Shown: one piece after another, positions 25,110 through 36,895 of the stretch
Numbering within the stretch: the first letter of the stretch is position 1
How the letters are laid out: the number at the start of each line of letters is the position of its first letter
Assembly (NCBI RefSeq): GCF_018977255.1
Contig: NW_024704743.1
Coordinates: forward strand, 29,018,001-29,082,000
Direction: 5' to 3'
Length of the DNA stretch: 64,000 bases
Source: Callorhinchus milii
Lineage: Eukaryota
Translations under genes and position numbers: made by a program
The notes under the pieces: generated by a model
Told to the model about the DNA's origin: nothing
What the model saw: only the letters and a program-made list of their open reading frames with translations
The model's database searches: none

Positions 25110-25320
25110 AAGGTTAAGCCCAGGATTTTTGGAGGTCAGCTCAGTGTCCGACACATGTGGAAACCCATCACCATACTCAGGAGTATCCATACCACACCAA
25201 GGGGTCCACACATGTGTGACCCTTTCACATGGAAATTTCACTGTGACTGGAATGGAATGCGCACTCTCTCCCTGGAGGAACATAATCTGCTGAGAGTATT
25301 AGGTGCAGATTGGGAGAACC
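25110..25320. repeat. Unidentified dispersed repeat (other copies at ~120-285 and ~36670-36895)
   Basis: Shared blocks GTGTCCGACACATGTGGAAA, CCATCACCAT, CACATGGAAATTTC and TGGAATGGAATGCG. Confidence 0.8.
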
Positions 25321-25519
25321 AAGGCTTTGGGTCCTTAGGGTATTCATTGGGGTACTGCTGGTACTGAAACAGCTAAAATGATATAGCTTGCCATTGAGAG
25401 TACCGTCTAGCAATCTCTGCCCTCATTATTTGGTCTGCCCTCCACATCCTGCTGATATTACAATCATTACAAATATTACATGGAAATTAGATAGGATTTG
25501 ATGATTGGAAGTGACGTAA

Positions 25520-26470
25520 ACATCAGGTTCGATCTACAGCTTGCTTTCCTACCCAACATCTGGTCCCTGACCAAGACCACTTTCCTCCACCTTTGTCACA
25601 TTGCCCGCTTTCTACCATAACTCACACCCAAATAATAATAATAATCATTGCTATAGTGCTTTTCATGTCTTCTAGATGTCTCACGGCGCTTCACAGAATA
25701 GACTGTAAAGTGAATTGACTGTATATTTGTGGGCGAAATGCGTTAGCCAATTGCGTACAGCAGGGTCCCACAAACAGTCGAGGATTGAAATGACCAATTT
25801 ATTATTGTTTTTTTGAGGGATTATTATCAGGAGTGTGGAGTAAGGAAACTTGAAACTCGAGGTTTCACCCTGCCGGGAATTGAACCCAGGTCTCTCGCTT
25901 GCAAAGCAGCAAAACCCTCACCCATGCTTTCGTCACCTCCCGCCTCGATTACTACAATCCCCTTCCCAGCTCCACTATCCACAAAATCCAATTAATTTAA
26001 AACTCCTCCAATTTATTTATCCACACCAATCTCCATACCTCCATCAGACAGTCCTTGCAGGCTCCACTGGCTCCCTAACACTGAACAGATCAACTTCAAG
26101 ATCCTCACACTTGTTTACAAATCCCTTCATACCGTAGCATCTCTTTACCTTTCTGACTTGATTACCCCCCACTCCACTACCTATTGCCTCCACTCAGCTG
26201 GCTCTGGCCTCCAGCATGTCCCTCGTCTCCACCACTCCACCATCAGTGAGGACAAGGGACATACTGGAGGCCAGAGCCTGCTTTGATCCACTATACCCAA
26301 ACCTATCGAGCTTTCCCCACCTTTCCTCCTCTTTCCCCAACTTCAGACTATACCTGAAGACCTTCCTCTTCGACTGTGCCTGGGGTCACCTCCCCCATCT
26401 CCCCAGCTTGGCATCAAACTCCACCAATGTTAAGTGCTCCGAGACCCTACTGATTGAAGGGCACTAATCA
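25520..26470 (+). mobile_element. Degenerate L2 3' region interrupted by a SINE
   Basis: L2-like sequence at 25520-25630 and 25915-26470, similar to 39820-40595. Confidence 0.78.
25631..25905 (-). mobile_element. tRNA-Ala SINE nested in L2
   Basis: Reverse-complement SINE from the anticodon arm to the (ATT)n tail. Confidence 0.88.
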
Positions 26471-26915
26471 ATAATAATCCCTGCATTTGTTCAGCTCCTT
26501 ATCACGTCAGAAGGATGTCTCAAAGCACTTCACAGGAGTTACTGTGAAATGGATTGACTGTCTGTAGGCAAAAGCGGCAGCCAGTTTGTACACAGTAATG
26601 TGCCAAAAAAAAACATGGAGTGAGTGAACAAATTAATTTGGGAGATTGTTGCCCTGGACACCGGGAGAAACTCCCTTCACTTTTCGAATAGTGCCATGAG
26701 ATCTTTAACATCCACCTGAACTGAACAGGCAGATGGGACCTCAGTTTAACGGCTTATGCAAAGGACCACACCTCTGACTGTGCAATGTCAGTGCATTGGA
26801 GTGTAGCACTGCATTGGAGCGACAGCTTAGGCTATGTAAATTCAAGTCCTGAAGCGGGGCTTGAACTCACAATTTTCTGACTCAGGTAAGAGTGCTCAAC
26901 TGAGCCAAGCTGACA
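26470..26915 (-). mobile_element. Old Deu-domain SINE, full-length
   Basis: Head GTCAGCTTGGCTCAGTTGAGCAC..GAGTTCAAGCCC, clear Deu core and L2-type tail. Confidence 0.85.
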
Positions 26916-27811
26916 TACTCTACATGAATGCAAAGTGGTGTTTTGATTGCAGGCATTATCTGGCTAGCCATCAGCTGTCACATTCAGGCTAAGGTTTGGG
27001 TAAGTGAAGGTTGGAGACACACTGGGGGTACAAGTTCCACCTGAATCTAAATTTGCCCTATTAATATAGCATTTCAAAGTGGTCAGCATTTGGCATTTTG
27101 CTGAGTTCAATTTTAAATTTGAAGCCAATTTTCTGTAGCTCTAAAAAGATTTTACTGAAAACCACCTTCAAAATGAAAGACTGTATTTAAGAATTTGACA
27201 AAGTCTGTCCACTCTGAAATGCTGTATAAATAGAGTAAATCTGGACACAAGTGGAATTTTTCCCCAACTATGCACCTTTATTCAGCTGGGAAAGAAAACA
27301 CTTATTATTTAATGTGGCATTTTGTCCAGATTTATTGTATCTCCCTGAGAATTAATATTCAAATGTGTTTCGTCATGTTAAGTATGTACAGTATAAACAT
27401 TGGAAATGTATTAAAAGTAATCAAATTCACATTTATCAATTGGCCTTCTTTTGAATAATTGGAGGCTAACTTACCATTGGTTGAATATTAACTACTGCCT
27501 TTTTAAACTTCAACAGGATGTGGCCTTTTAAACTTTTGGTGAAAATGTGGAAAAGTTGAATTCAAAACGGCAACCATTATTTTATCCCTCCTGCTATTTC
27601 AGCCTGGGACTGAAGCAACTTTGACAAGACATTTAAAGTGTGGCGTGTTGCTAACAACTATGAGTATGTAAAGTATTTGAAAAGAAAAGAACCCATAACT
27701 ACTAGAACATCAAAGGAATAGGGTGGTACCCACTGGAGAGGTGCAAGTCTCTGTATTATACAGAGAATACTGTGGATTTAATTTGAGAATTTTGCAATTT
27801 TTTACGTCAAA

Positions 27812-27930
27812 AATAATAATAATAATAATAATAATAATCCTTGCCTTTGATATAGCTCTTTTCATGTCTTCTAGACATCTCAAAGTGCTTCACAGAATAT
27901 ACTGTAAAGTGAATTGACTGTATATTTGTA
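27812..27930 (-). mobile_element. tRNA-Ala SINE 3' fragment
   Basis: Long (AAT)n run followed by the reverse-complement SINE tail. Confidence 0.85.
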
Positions 27931-28399
27931 TATTTATATATATAAAAATGTAATCTTTCAGCATATGGTCTGTCTTGGTCACCAAAACCAGCCAACTGAC
28001 TACAACAAATATGTCTTCTATGTTGCATGTAAACATAAATAGTTAATATTTCTAGATATGGTTACTAATAATATTAACCTTGGTTTGTTGTCTGATTTTT
28101 ATTGAAATCCTATGCTATACTTAGAGGTGATGCAGTGAGCTCTAACTTGCGATATTCCCAACCCAGATTCGATGGGCTATTTACGACTTCTGGTTGCCAA
28201 TATCTGTATAACTGCTCGATGATGTTATTTACTCTGGAATGAGGTAAATGGGAGCGAAATAAAGATAGCAGAGATCAAGAATACCTGTTTTAAAACAACT
28301 CTGCTTTGGTGCCATTCTCCGCTTTTACCTTTGTGCTCCAGACCCTTAGGTTTAGTTACAGGCTGAGGAAGAGAACGAGCATGCACATATAATAATATA

Positions 28400-28732
28400 T
28401 AATAATAATCCTTGCATTTGATATGTCGCAAAGCTCTTCACAGAATATACTGGAAAGGGAATTGACTGTATATTTGTGGGTGAAATGTGACAACCAATTG
28501 CGCACAGCAGTGTTTCACAAACAGTCGTGGATTGAGTGACCCAATTTTTATTGGTTTTTTTTTAAGGATTATTATCCCCGGAAAAGTGATTATCAACCGG
28601 GTTCCTACTTATTGCTTGGTGAACAGAGGTGCGTGGAGTAGAGTAACCTGCCCAACATTTCGCCCTGCTAGGAATCAAACCCGGATCTCTCATTTGCAAG
28701 GCGAGTGGTCTAACCACTGAGCTACAGGACTC
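28400..28732 (-). mobile_element. tRNA-Ala SINE, long form
   Basis: Complete head to tail, with the long-form internal segment. Confidence 0.9.
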
Positions 28733-28975
28733 GCCATGATATGTGACCTTATTGGATTGCTTATATGATGATGTGGAACATGTCTAAAAACCAGTGCATT
28801 TGAAATATGAAAATGGCAGCACTCAGCCACCAACGCTGAACATTAAGAAGCCTTGAACAACATAAAAGAGTTGACTGCTGGCCCCCAGAGTGCTACAAAA
28901 CATAAGAACTTGTTTGTACCGACTCAACCAGGTATATTTCATATCAATATCAACTAGGCTAAACCAGATGTCAGT

Positions 28976-29289
28976 GGAGTCCTGTAGCTCAGTGGTTAGA
29001 GCACTCACTTTGCAAGCGAGAGACCTGAGTTTAAATCCGGGAAGGGAGAAACCTTGGGCAAGTTTCCTTACTCCACACGCCTAATAATAATCCCTCCAAA
29101 ACCAAAAACAATAATAAATTGGTCATTTTCAATCTACGACTGTTTGTGGGACACTGCTGTGCGCAATTGGCTGCCGCGTTCGCCCACAAATATACAGTCA
29201 ATTCACTTTACAGTGTGTTCTGTGAAGCGCTTTGGGATGTCCTCCTGACATGAAAAGCGCTATATCAAATGCAAGGATTATTTATTATT
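28976..29289 (+). mobile_element. tRNA-Ala SINE, short form, with 8-bp TSD
   Basis: Full-length, with ATGTCAGT at 28968-28975 and 29290-29297. Confidence 0.95.
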
Positions 29290-30294
29290 ATGTCAGTCTA
29301 CTGGAATATGTTACACTTTGTCATCTGTGGTGGATTCAGCTTTAAGAATTAAATCAATATGAGATTTAAAATCTGGGATTTCTAGTGTGAGTCCATAATA
29401 AATTCATACTGACCTGCAGGAACTGCACTCTGACTTGAAATATTTCCTGGAGACTCTTAGGCTTACAGACTGAGGAAGAGAATGGGAATTCTAATAGGAA
29501 TCTTTATTAGGAAACTCACTAGAAATCCCATATTTGAGACCCTATATTGCACTAATTCTTAAACTTGAATTTATAAACTTGAAACATCTTAACTTAACAT
29601 CTTAACTCACATTACCTCATGCAATTGGAGCAATCGATCAATCACTATCATTCATACAATTTCAATTAAAATTGCACAAACACACCCTAAAAGTTGTCTG
29701 CCTAACTTTATCATTGCACAACTCCTCACATCTGCACTTAATGAAAAGTTAGCAAGTTACATGTTATTGTTAATAAAACTGTCTCAAGAATTTAAGTGCC
29801 TAATATTGTTTGACCATGAAAATGGACAAAAAAATTTTCTTGTCTGGTTTGAATCCCTCCACTTACCACTGTCTTTTGGGGTCAGCAAAGTTCAAGTGCC
29901 CTCCTTATGGTACCAATGCTATGAACAGAAGTTAACTCTATGTTGTTGGGTATGAGAAAATTTCCATAAAACAAAGCAAAAGGACTGGGAAGAGGGAAGG
30001 CAGTAACAGAGGAAGCAGTAATGTCATTGATAACACAGAACTGCTTCAGATTGTAAAATAAATTCCTATACCAGCACAAACAATATCTCCCAGGAGAAAA
30101 TAGGCAAGCAATCACACGTTTCTATATTTTGTTTTTTGGTGTGTTCAAACAAGAGTATGGACAGGAAATACAGTGCAGATCAAAACTGAATAAATATACA
30201 AACAAGCAGGTGAGAAAAATGGGAAAAGTCTGGCTCCTTAGTCACCCACCCATGCCCACAGCACTACCACATTTATATATATATATATACTATT

Positions 30295-30375
30295 AGAATT
30301 GCCAGATACAGCCCATAGCACTGCCAGATACAGTCCACAGAATTGTCAGATACACCCATACCATAGCCAAATGTA
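30295..30375. repeat. Degenerate ~21-22-bp tandem repeat
   Basis: Units AGAATTGCCAGATACAGCCCAT, AGCACTGCCAGATACAGTCCAC and AGAATTGTCAGATACACCCAT. Confidence 0.75.
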
Positions 30376-33300
30376 ACCCCTAAATAATGCCACAGAATCT
30401 CCAGAGACAGAGTAGGAGCTGGAGGCAGTGTTATAAGTTGCATGGGGCATCACATGGCTTATTGCAGACATGGCTTTAAACCATTCAAGGTTGAGATACT
30501 TGCTTTGCTTGCTGAAATCAGAATAAACAAACTCACACTGTTTACATTATGAATTCAAACGCAAATTTGCAGCTGTAGTGTAAACATGGTTTTAGAGACT
30601 GAATAAGAAGTGTAATCTCTTTCACTTCAGCAGCAGAGCTATCAGATAGCATCAAATGACAGGTACGAATCAAAGGAGATGAATGGAGAATAAGCTACAG
30701 AAGAACAAGCTAATCCACCCACATAGGTGGTCTCCATTTCCATTGTGAAATGACACACAAATATAACTCAAAGAGTGTCTGCTGAATCAGAGACAAAATG
30801 TACAATATGGCTGCACCCTCAAAGAAAAACAGCCGGCAGCTTTTTTTTGAACCAAACTAAAAGATTAAGCAGGAATGCCCTTCTTAATGACATCACTATT
30901 TGACCACTATACCTGTTGGGGCTTTGGGTTGCAGGGTCAACAGGAGCCGAGTAGGAAGAATCCCAACACCCAGTGATTTTTATTATGTGGCATATGCGGC
31001 TGTGTGGCAATGAGTAGTGACTGTTTTTGTTGGCAAACACAGCAGGCAATAGCACCCAGCAAGATCGATCACAACATTGAGATGAATGGCCCAACTAATT
31101 TGGAGGATTGTTGATCACAACACAGGGAGAATCTGGCTTTGTTTTTGGATAGGTTCATGGGATCTTTAACATCCACCAGGAAGGTGTGGGCCCCAGGGAA
31201 TCATACTCCAAGAGAAAGGAAAGTTATACACTTTCAGGAGAGGAGAAGCAAATACAATACAAATTACATTTGTATAACGCCTTTCATGTCGAGAGGACCT
31301 CTCAAGACGCTGGACAGTCAGAGATTTGGACCCGAGCTGGGGGTCAGGATCGAGGAGGGTAGAGGGCAGGGAGGGTAGAAAGGTGGCCGAAGGCTTGGTT
31401 GAAGAGGAAGGTTTTGAAATGCAGGAGTTTGGAGAAAATCAAGAGAAAATATGGTTATAAAAATGATCACCACTAGAAGAGTCAAAACATTTGGAGATAA
31501 TACTACCAGCAGAGCCAAAACATTTGGTCTTCAAAGATTGCAGTGATAATAGTTCCAATAATGGTTTATAGTTATGTAAAACAACCATCATGTAAACTAT
31601 CATAAGTATAACAATAAATTTCTCAATATCCACGATGATAATTGATTCTATTGTTGTGTTGATCGGTTAAGTGACCATAGAACAAGTATAACTTCTGAAT
31701 GTTAACCCAACAAACTGAAAGACATTAAAATGAAGAAGTGTTAGTTCTTTATTCAGATGAATATTCCATTGATGTATCAATGTAATTTGAGCATATTTCA
31801 GTTCAGTTTCTACATTTTAACAGTCCATGATCTGCCCTTTGGTTTGATATATCCATACAAGCTTCCCCTGGGAGGGTTAAAAAAACGGATTTCTAAGTGC
31901 ATTAGTAGCTTAGTCCCTTAAGGGCAGAATGTTCCTAACAAAGTCTTCTGAACAGTCAATCTAAAAAGTACTTCACTTGTTTGTCTATTGCACTTCCATT
32001 TGTGTGACTCTCTGGCATTCTATTCATAAACCCTTCTAACATTGAACAAATAATGTTGGAACTTAAGTACCTTCAACTACTCCAGCTGAAATATCACCTC
32101 AGGCAATCTGACCAATCATAGCCAAAAATCCCTCTTCATGAGATTTAAAAGATCCAGTTGAAACTACATAAACATGTCCTTGAAATTGCAACTGACCGGT
32201 TAACATTAGAAATCTCTCGCTCATATGCATTTCATTTGTGAGAAATCGTAGCAGAGTTGAGGACTGTGTTGATACCTCTGTTCTCAAGGCTTTGAGTGCA
32301 TCATGTTAAGTGCCATAAGGGGAAAATGGAAGCTAATTTCCGCACAGTACTGTACCACAAATAGCTATGGAGAAAGTGAGCAATTTTATTTGGAGAATTG
32401 TTGGTTAGGACACTGAAAAGATGAATGAGGTGAAACTGCAGCCAGACAGATGTGCACACTCCGACACACACACACAAAAAGCTTGTGGTATGCCCACTAA
32501 ACAGCAGTAGTGAAGTCAGACAGACACATTACGGACTTAGGAATTGCAGACTTTGAAAAGGTCTATCTATCTACATCAAGGACATTCAGCAAGCGTCCTC
32601 TTATTAAAAATATACAAAATGTCTGTGTGGTCTCAAGAGTGAATGGGTAAATGAATGTGTAATCTCCACAAGGTAACAAGGCAGTGTGACCTGCAGCACT
32701 TTTGTTTGCATGTCCTGATATTGATATTTAATTGAATTTAGTAGTTAAGGACAGACCAATAAGTCAAGTGGTTAAGTGCAGGTCATGAGTTCAGGTCTAG
32801 GCATTGCCTGTCACTCATTCACTCATTGTTAGGTGAAGTTTATCATTTCTCAGTCAAGCCTGTTGGTAAGCCATGTAATACAAAGCTCCAATACCTCATT
32901 GAAGAGTTATCAGGGAAAATTGGTTACCCACTCTTTATCCCCTATAATCACGAGCTAGCATTAACTCATCGGGAGATTTTCAGCTGTGCTGTGAGGGGCA
33001 TGACAGTAACATGTCTACAAGAGGTGGCAATGAGAAAAATAAAGTGTGCAAAGTGTTATTAGACTTTCACCTACAACAAGACACTTTACAGAGTGAGCGC
33101 TTTGAGACGTCTTCCCGACATGAAAGGCACTATATCAAATATACGGATTATAATTATTATTTTTTATTAGTTAATTGTTTCTATTCATAAATAAACTGTA
33201 ACCCTGTACCATCATTACTGACTACATAGAATATATGTGGAACTGTATGGTTCTCACAACAGACCACATGTTTTGAATGTCATCCAGGCAGTTTGAATGA

Positions 33301-35949
33301 TGGGGGATTTTGTATATCACTGTAATAAATATCAGATGTCAGACTTTGGCTTTGCAAACCACTGGCTTGGAATCATTAACCCTCAACTATTCAGAATATC
33401 CAACAGCAATTATCCGATTACTATCCAGGTTGTTTGCGGACAGTTTCTTTCCAACAGTCATACTGATTTAAATATATGAATATAATGTCCCTTTAAACAA
33501 TTTACTTTATTCATTTTACAGTACAGTGTGGCAATTATAGAGTTTTGTATTCCTTGTTCTAATTAGAGATTCAAGGAGGCATTTACTTGATATTGTCATC
33601 AGTGTTGAGCTGTGTTGACCTCACAGAGAACTTAGAGAAATCACAGTGGAAAATCAGTGGGTGGGAGAGGGTTAATCTTTATGAATAATAAACAAAACAT
33701 GAACTTCAGACAAAGGTTCAAAGCAGTCAAAGTCTAAAACCACAATCAGAGCTTCTAAGGGCGTCTGACTGAGTAAGATAAAATGAGAACCGGTCAGTAT
33801 TATTCTGAACGTTTTCATTAGTTGACTATGACGGGTGACAATTTGTTATTTCTGTTTACTTGCGTGAAAGATTATTAATTGACAGGGTTGTGACTGCGTC
33901 ACCAAGACGTCACCTTAAGAAGCTGCATAATCAAGGACTGCAGAAACATGTTATCTAATGAACATGCAGGAGAATTACAGGCATGCATGGAATGCTAGTT
34001 TGAACAGAAGCCAAATTTAGACTACATAAACATCTTCTAGACTCACCTCAGAACAATTATTCAGTGTACCTGACTGTATGAATGTTTAAATTCCCTACAA
34101 GTTTTACAAAACATGCCAGGACATTCTCATCCACATCTCTTTATGTGAAGAAGTAAACACTCAAATCAGGCTTATCCATGAAATAAACACAGATTGAAGC
34201 TAATGTTGTTGAATTACTCTTAATGCTCTTGGAATTCCCATCTGCACAGTTCAAATTTCTCTCTAATCCTGAATGCCTGTCATGGTAAGGTTCTTCGAAA
34301 TACTGTAATGGCAAATGATTTGTAAGCATTAGTTATTGGTTTTAAACACATCTGGTCCGAAGCAGTATAATACGGAGTGACAGGAAAAAGATTCAAGGCC
34401 ACAGCACACAGACACGTTTCTGGTCTTGTATTGTCAAGATCAAAAGGAGTCGAAGCAAAGCAAAGGGAATTTGACAAGGAAAGAGAAGCAATCAGAGGTT
34501 AAAGTCACCTTCATTGATTGACAACCCTGCAAAATAATGTTGCTTTGCTATGTCTTTCGCTGCCTTCAAAGTTCTCCTAAAAGCCCAAGTCTTCAAACAG
34601 GCCTCTGGCCACCTGTGACTTGCTCTGCCTTTTTATTCATTACCAAAATGTTTTGAGATGTGCTTTTATGTGAGCAGCACAATATTGTGAATCAACAGGA
34701 GCATTAGCACAAGCCTGCATGTCACTCTAGCTAAATGTTTGTGAATGGTTTAGGGAGTGCAATGGGTAGTGGGAAGCAGGAAAGGGCCTACCACCTTGAC
34801 CTAGGGTCACCTCCCCCTTCTCCCCTGCTCAGTATCTATCCCCGTCACTGAGCAGCTCTTCAAGACATTATCTTGCCCTCTGTGCTGCTCTCCAAGACTC
34901 TTTAAAAGACATTATACAAATGAAAGTTGTTGTTGTCAAAAATAATAAATAAAATGCAGAATTACGATCCAAGAAGGAGAACACTTTTAACCTAATCTTC
35001 TGTTAAAATATCATATCCATTACAATAAATAGTGGTTAAAAAGGTTGAAAGAACTGCAATGCTTAAATGATATTATTGTCAATATTGTTACTAACTAAGA
35101 TTTTAAGCAGGCTATAGCTATAGATTCTCAACTATCTGAAGCCTGACCTTAATTCACAACAACAACAGCAATAAAATTACATTTTTAGAGCGTCTTTCAC
35201 GTCAGGAGGACGTCCCAAGGCTCTGGCAGCAAGTGGGCTCATTGGCACTTACAGTACCTAATCTGGAGAGAGGATGGAGGGTAGAGGGACTGGTTGTTGT
35301 TGGCGATCAAGTTATTATTGTCTTAACAGTATTACGTTTAACATTACACAGCTGAAAATGTACAGAACTGCTTCTGTTCAGGGAGGCAGGGGTTTTGGTA
35401 ACCCAGCTCATGAGTCTAAAGGTTAAGTATAAATGCTAGCCATGAAACAATAAACAAGTGCAAGTTTGGATGGTCTGTGACTATCACTTTTTATTTGTGA
35501 CAGATCTATATACAGTATTTGAAATGTAATTTGGTTAAAATCATGTATATTTCTAATAATTGAATAGCTTCAGTATTTTTATGGTAGCATTTGCTTTCCT
35601 CTGTCTACTGGGTCAAACAATAAATAATTATAATATTCCCTGCATTTGATAAAAGGACAGTAATGTCAAAATGGCTCAAACGCACTTCACAGGGAATTAT
35701 TATTGTTAGTGCAGTGGCTGTGTAGTTGTAGGCAAGCTCAACAGCCAATTTTGTGTACAGCAAGGTCCCACAAATTGGCAAGAGTTGTATGACCAACTTA
35801 CCTAAAGGATTTTCAGCCAGGTTTTAATTGTGATGATTTGTTTTTCATTTACTTTCCCCTTAAAATAGGTAAAAGTCAGTCAATGGTAGCCCTCTCCCTG
35901 CTTCCTGGAAAATAATATATAATAACCCCTTCAGAAATAAAATAAATAA

Positions 35950-36115
35950 AAATAATAATTTGGTCACTCAATCTACCACACTGCTGTGCACAAATGGCTG
36001 CCTCGTTTCACCCACACAATATACAGTCAATTCAATTTAAAGTATATTCTATGAAGCACTTTAAGACGTATCAAAGATGTGATAAGCCATTATATCAAAG
36101 GCAAGGATTATTATT
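35950..36115 (+). mobile_element. tRNA-Ala SINE 3' fragment
   Basis: Degenerate SINE 3' half ending GCAAGGATTATTATT. Confidence 0.75.
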
Positions 36116-36669
36116 TTTAGCATTCTTGATGCCCAAAATTCTATCGGTCTTAGCTTTCAGAACATTGTTTAAAATTTAAGATTGTGTAGAATTTTGGAAA
36201 ATTTGTTAGTTTGATAGCTGTTTTGCTGGAGGTTTTAAAGGAAAAACAATTTCCAAATTAGGACCAAAGTTAAGAATTTTCCAAACTTCTGCATGTTCAC
36301 TTTAAATATTAAGGTAAATTCTTGACTGTACAGTGGCCTGAGACATCCTCCCGACGTGAAAGGTGCAATTTGTTGTTGTTGTTGTTGTAATGGTTTTAAG
36401 GCTAAGAGCAGGAAAAAATTGGTTTCATACTGAAAGTTTCAAAGTAAAACTGTAAACACAATGAAAAAAATCATTTTTTTAAATTTGAAATCTTGTATGG
36501 TGTAATATGTTTGAACAGCTTAAATGAACAGGTTAAAATGTTTCTTAAACGTTTTAAACATGTTGTAATGTTATTTTTTTTACCACAAATACGCTTGAAA
36601 TGTGATTCTCATTCCAAATATTTCTGCACCTTGCAGGGAGGGTCTCAGTTGCATGGGAATCACTGCAAG

Positions 36670-36895
36670 TATTTAAATCCAGTATTTTTGGGGGGGGTTA
36701 GCCGGGTGTCCGACACATGTGGAAATCCATTGCCATGCTTAAGAGTATCCAATTCAGAAATCAGAGATTTCCATGCATCCCACCTACATGGCAATTCCAG
36801 AGATAGATTGTTGGAATGGAATGCGCACTCTCTACCTGGAGGGACGCCTCCTGCTTACCTAATTCCAAAGTATTAGGCATAGTTTGGCAAGAGCA
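36670..36895. repeat. Unidentified dispersed repeat copy
   Basis: Shares sequence blocks with 25110-25320 and 120-285. Confidence 0.8.

Noticed and set aside
27603..27670. WD40-like fragment SNFDKTFKVWRV
   Set aside because: An in-frame stop lies immediately upstream and there are no other WD repeats, so it is probably chance.
36493..36876. 127-aa plus-strand ORF
   Set aside because: It overlaps the unidentified dispersed repeat, and the frame is not preserved in the other two copies.
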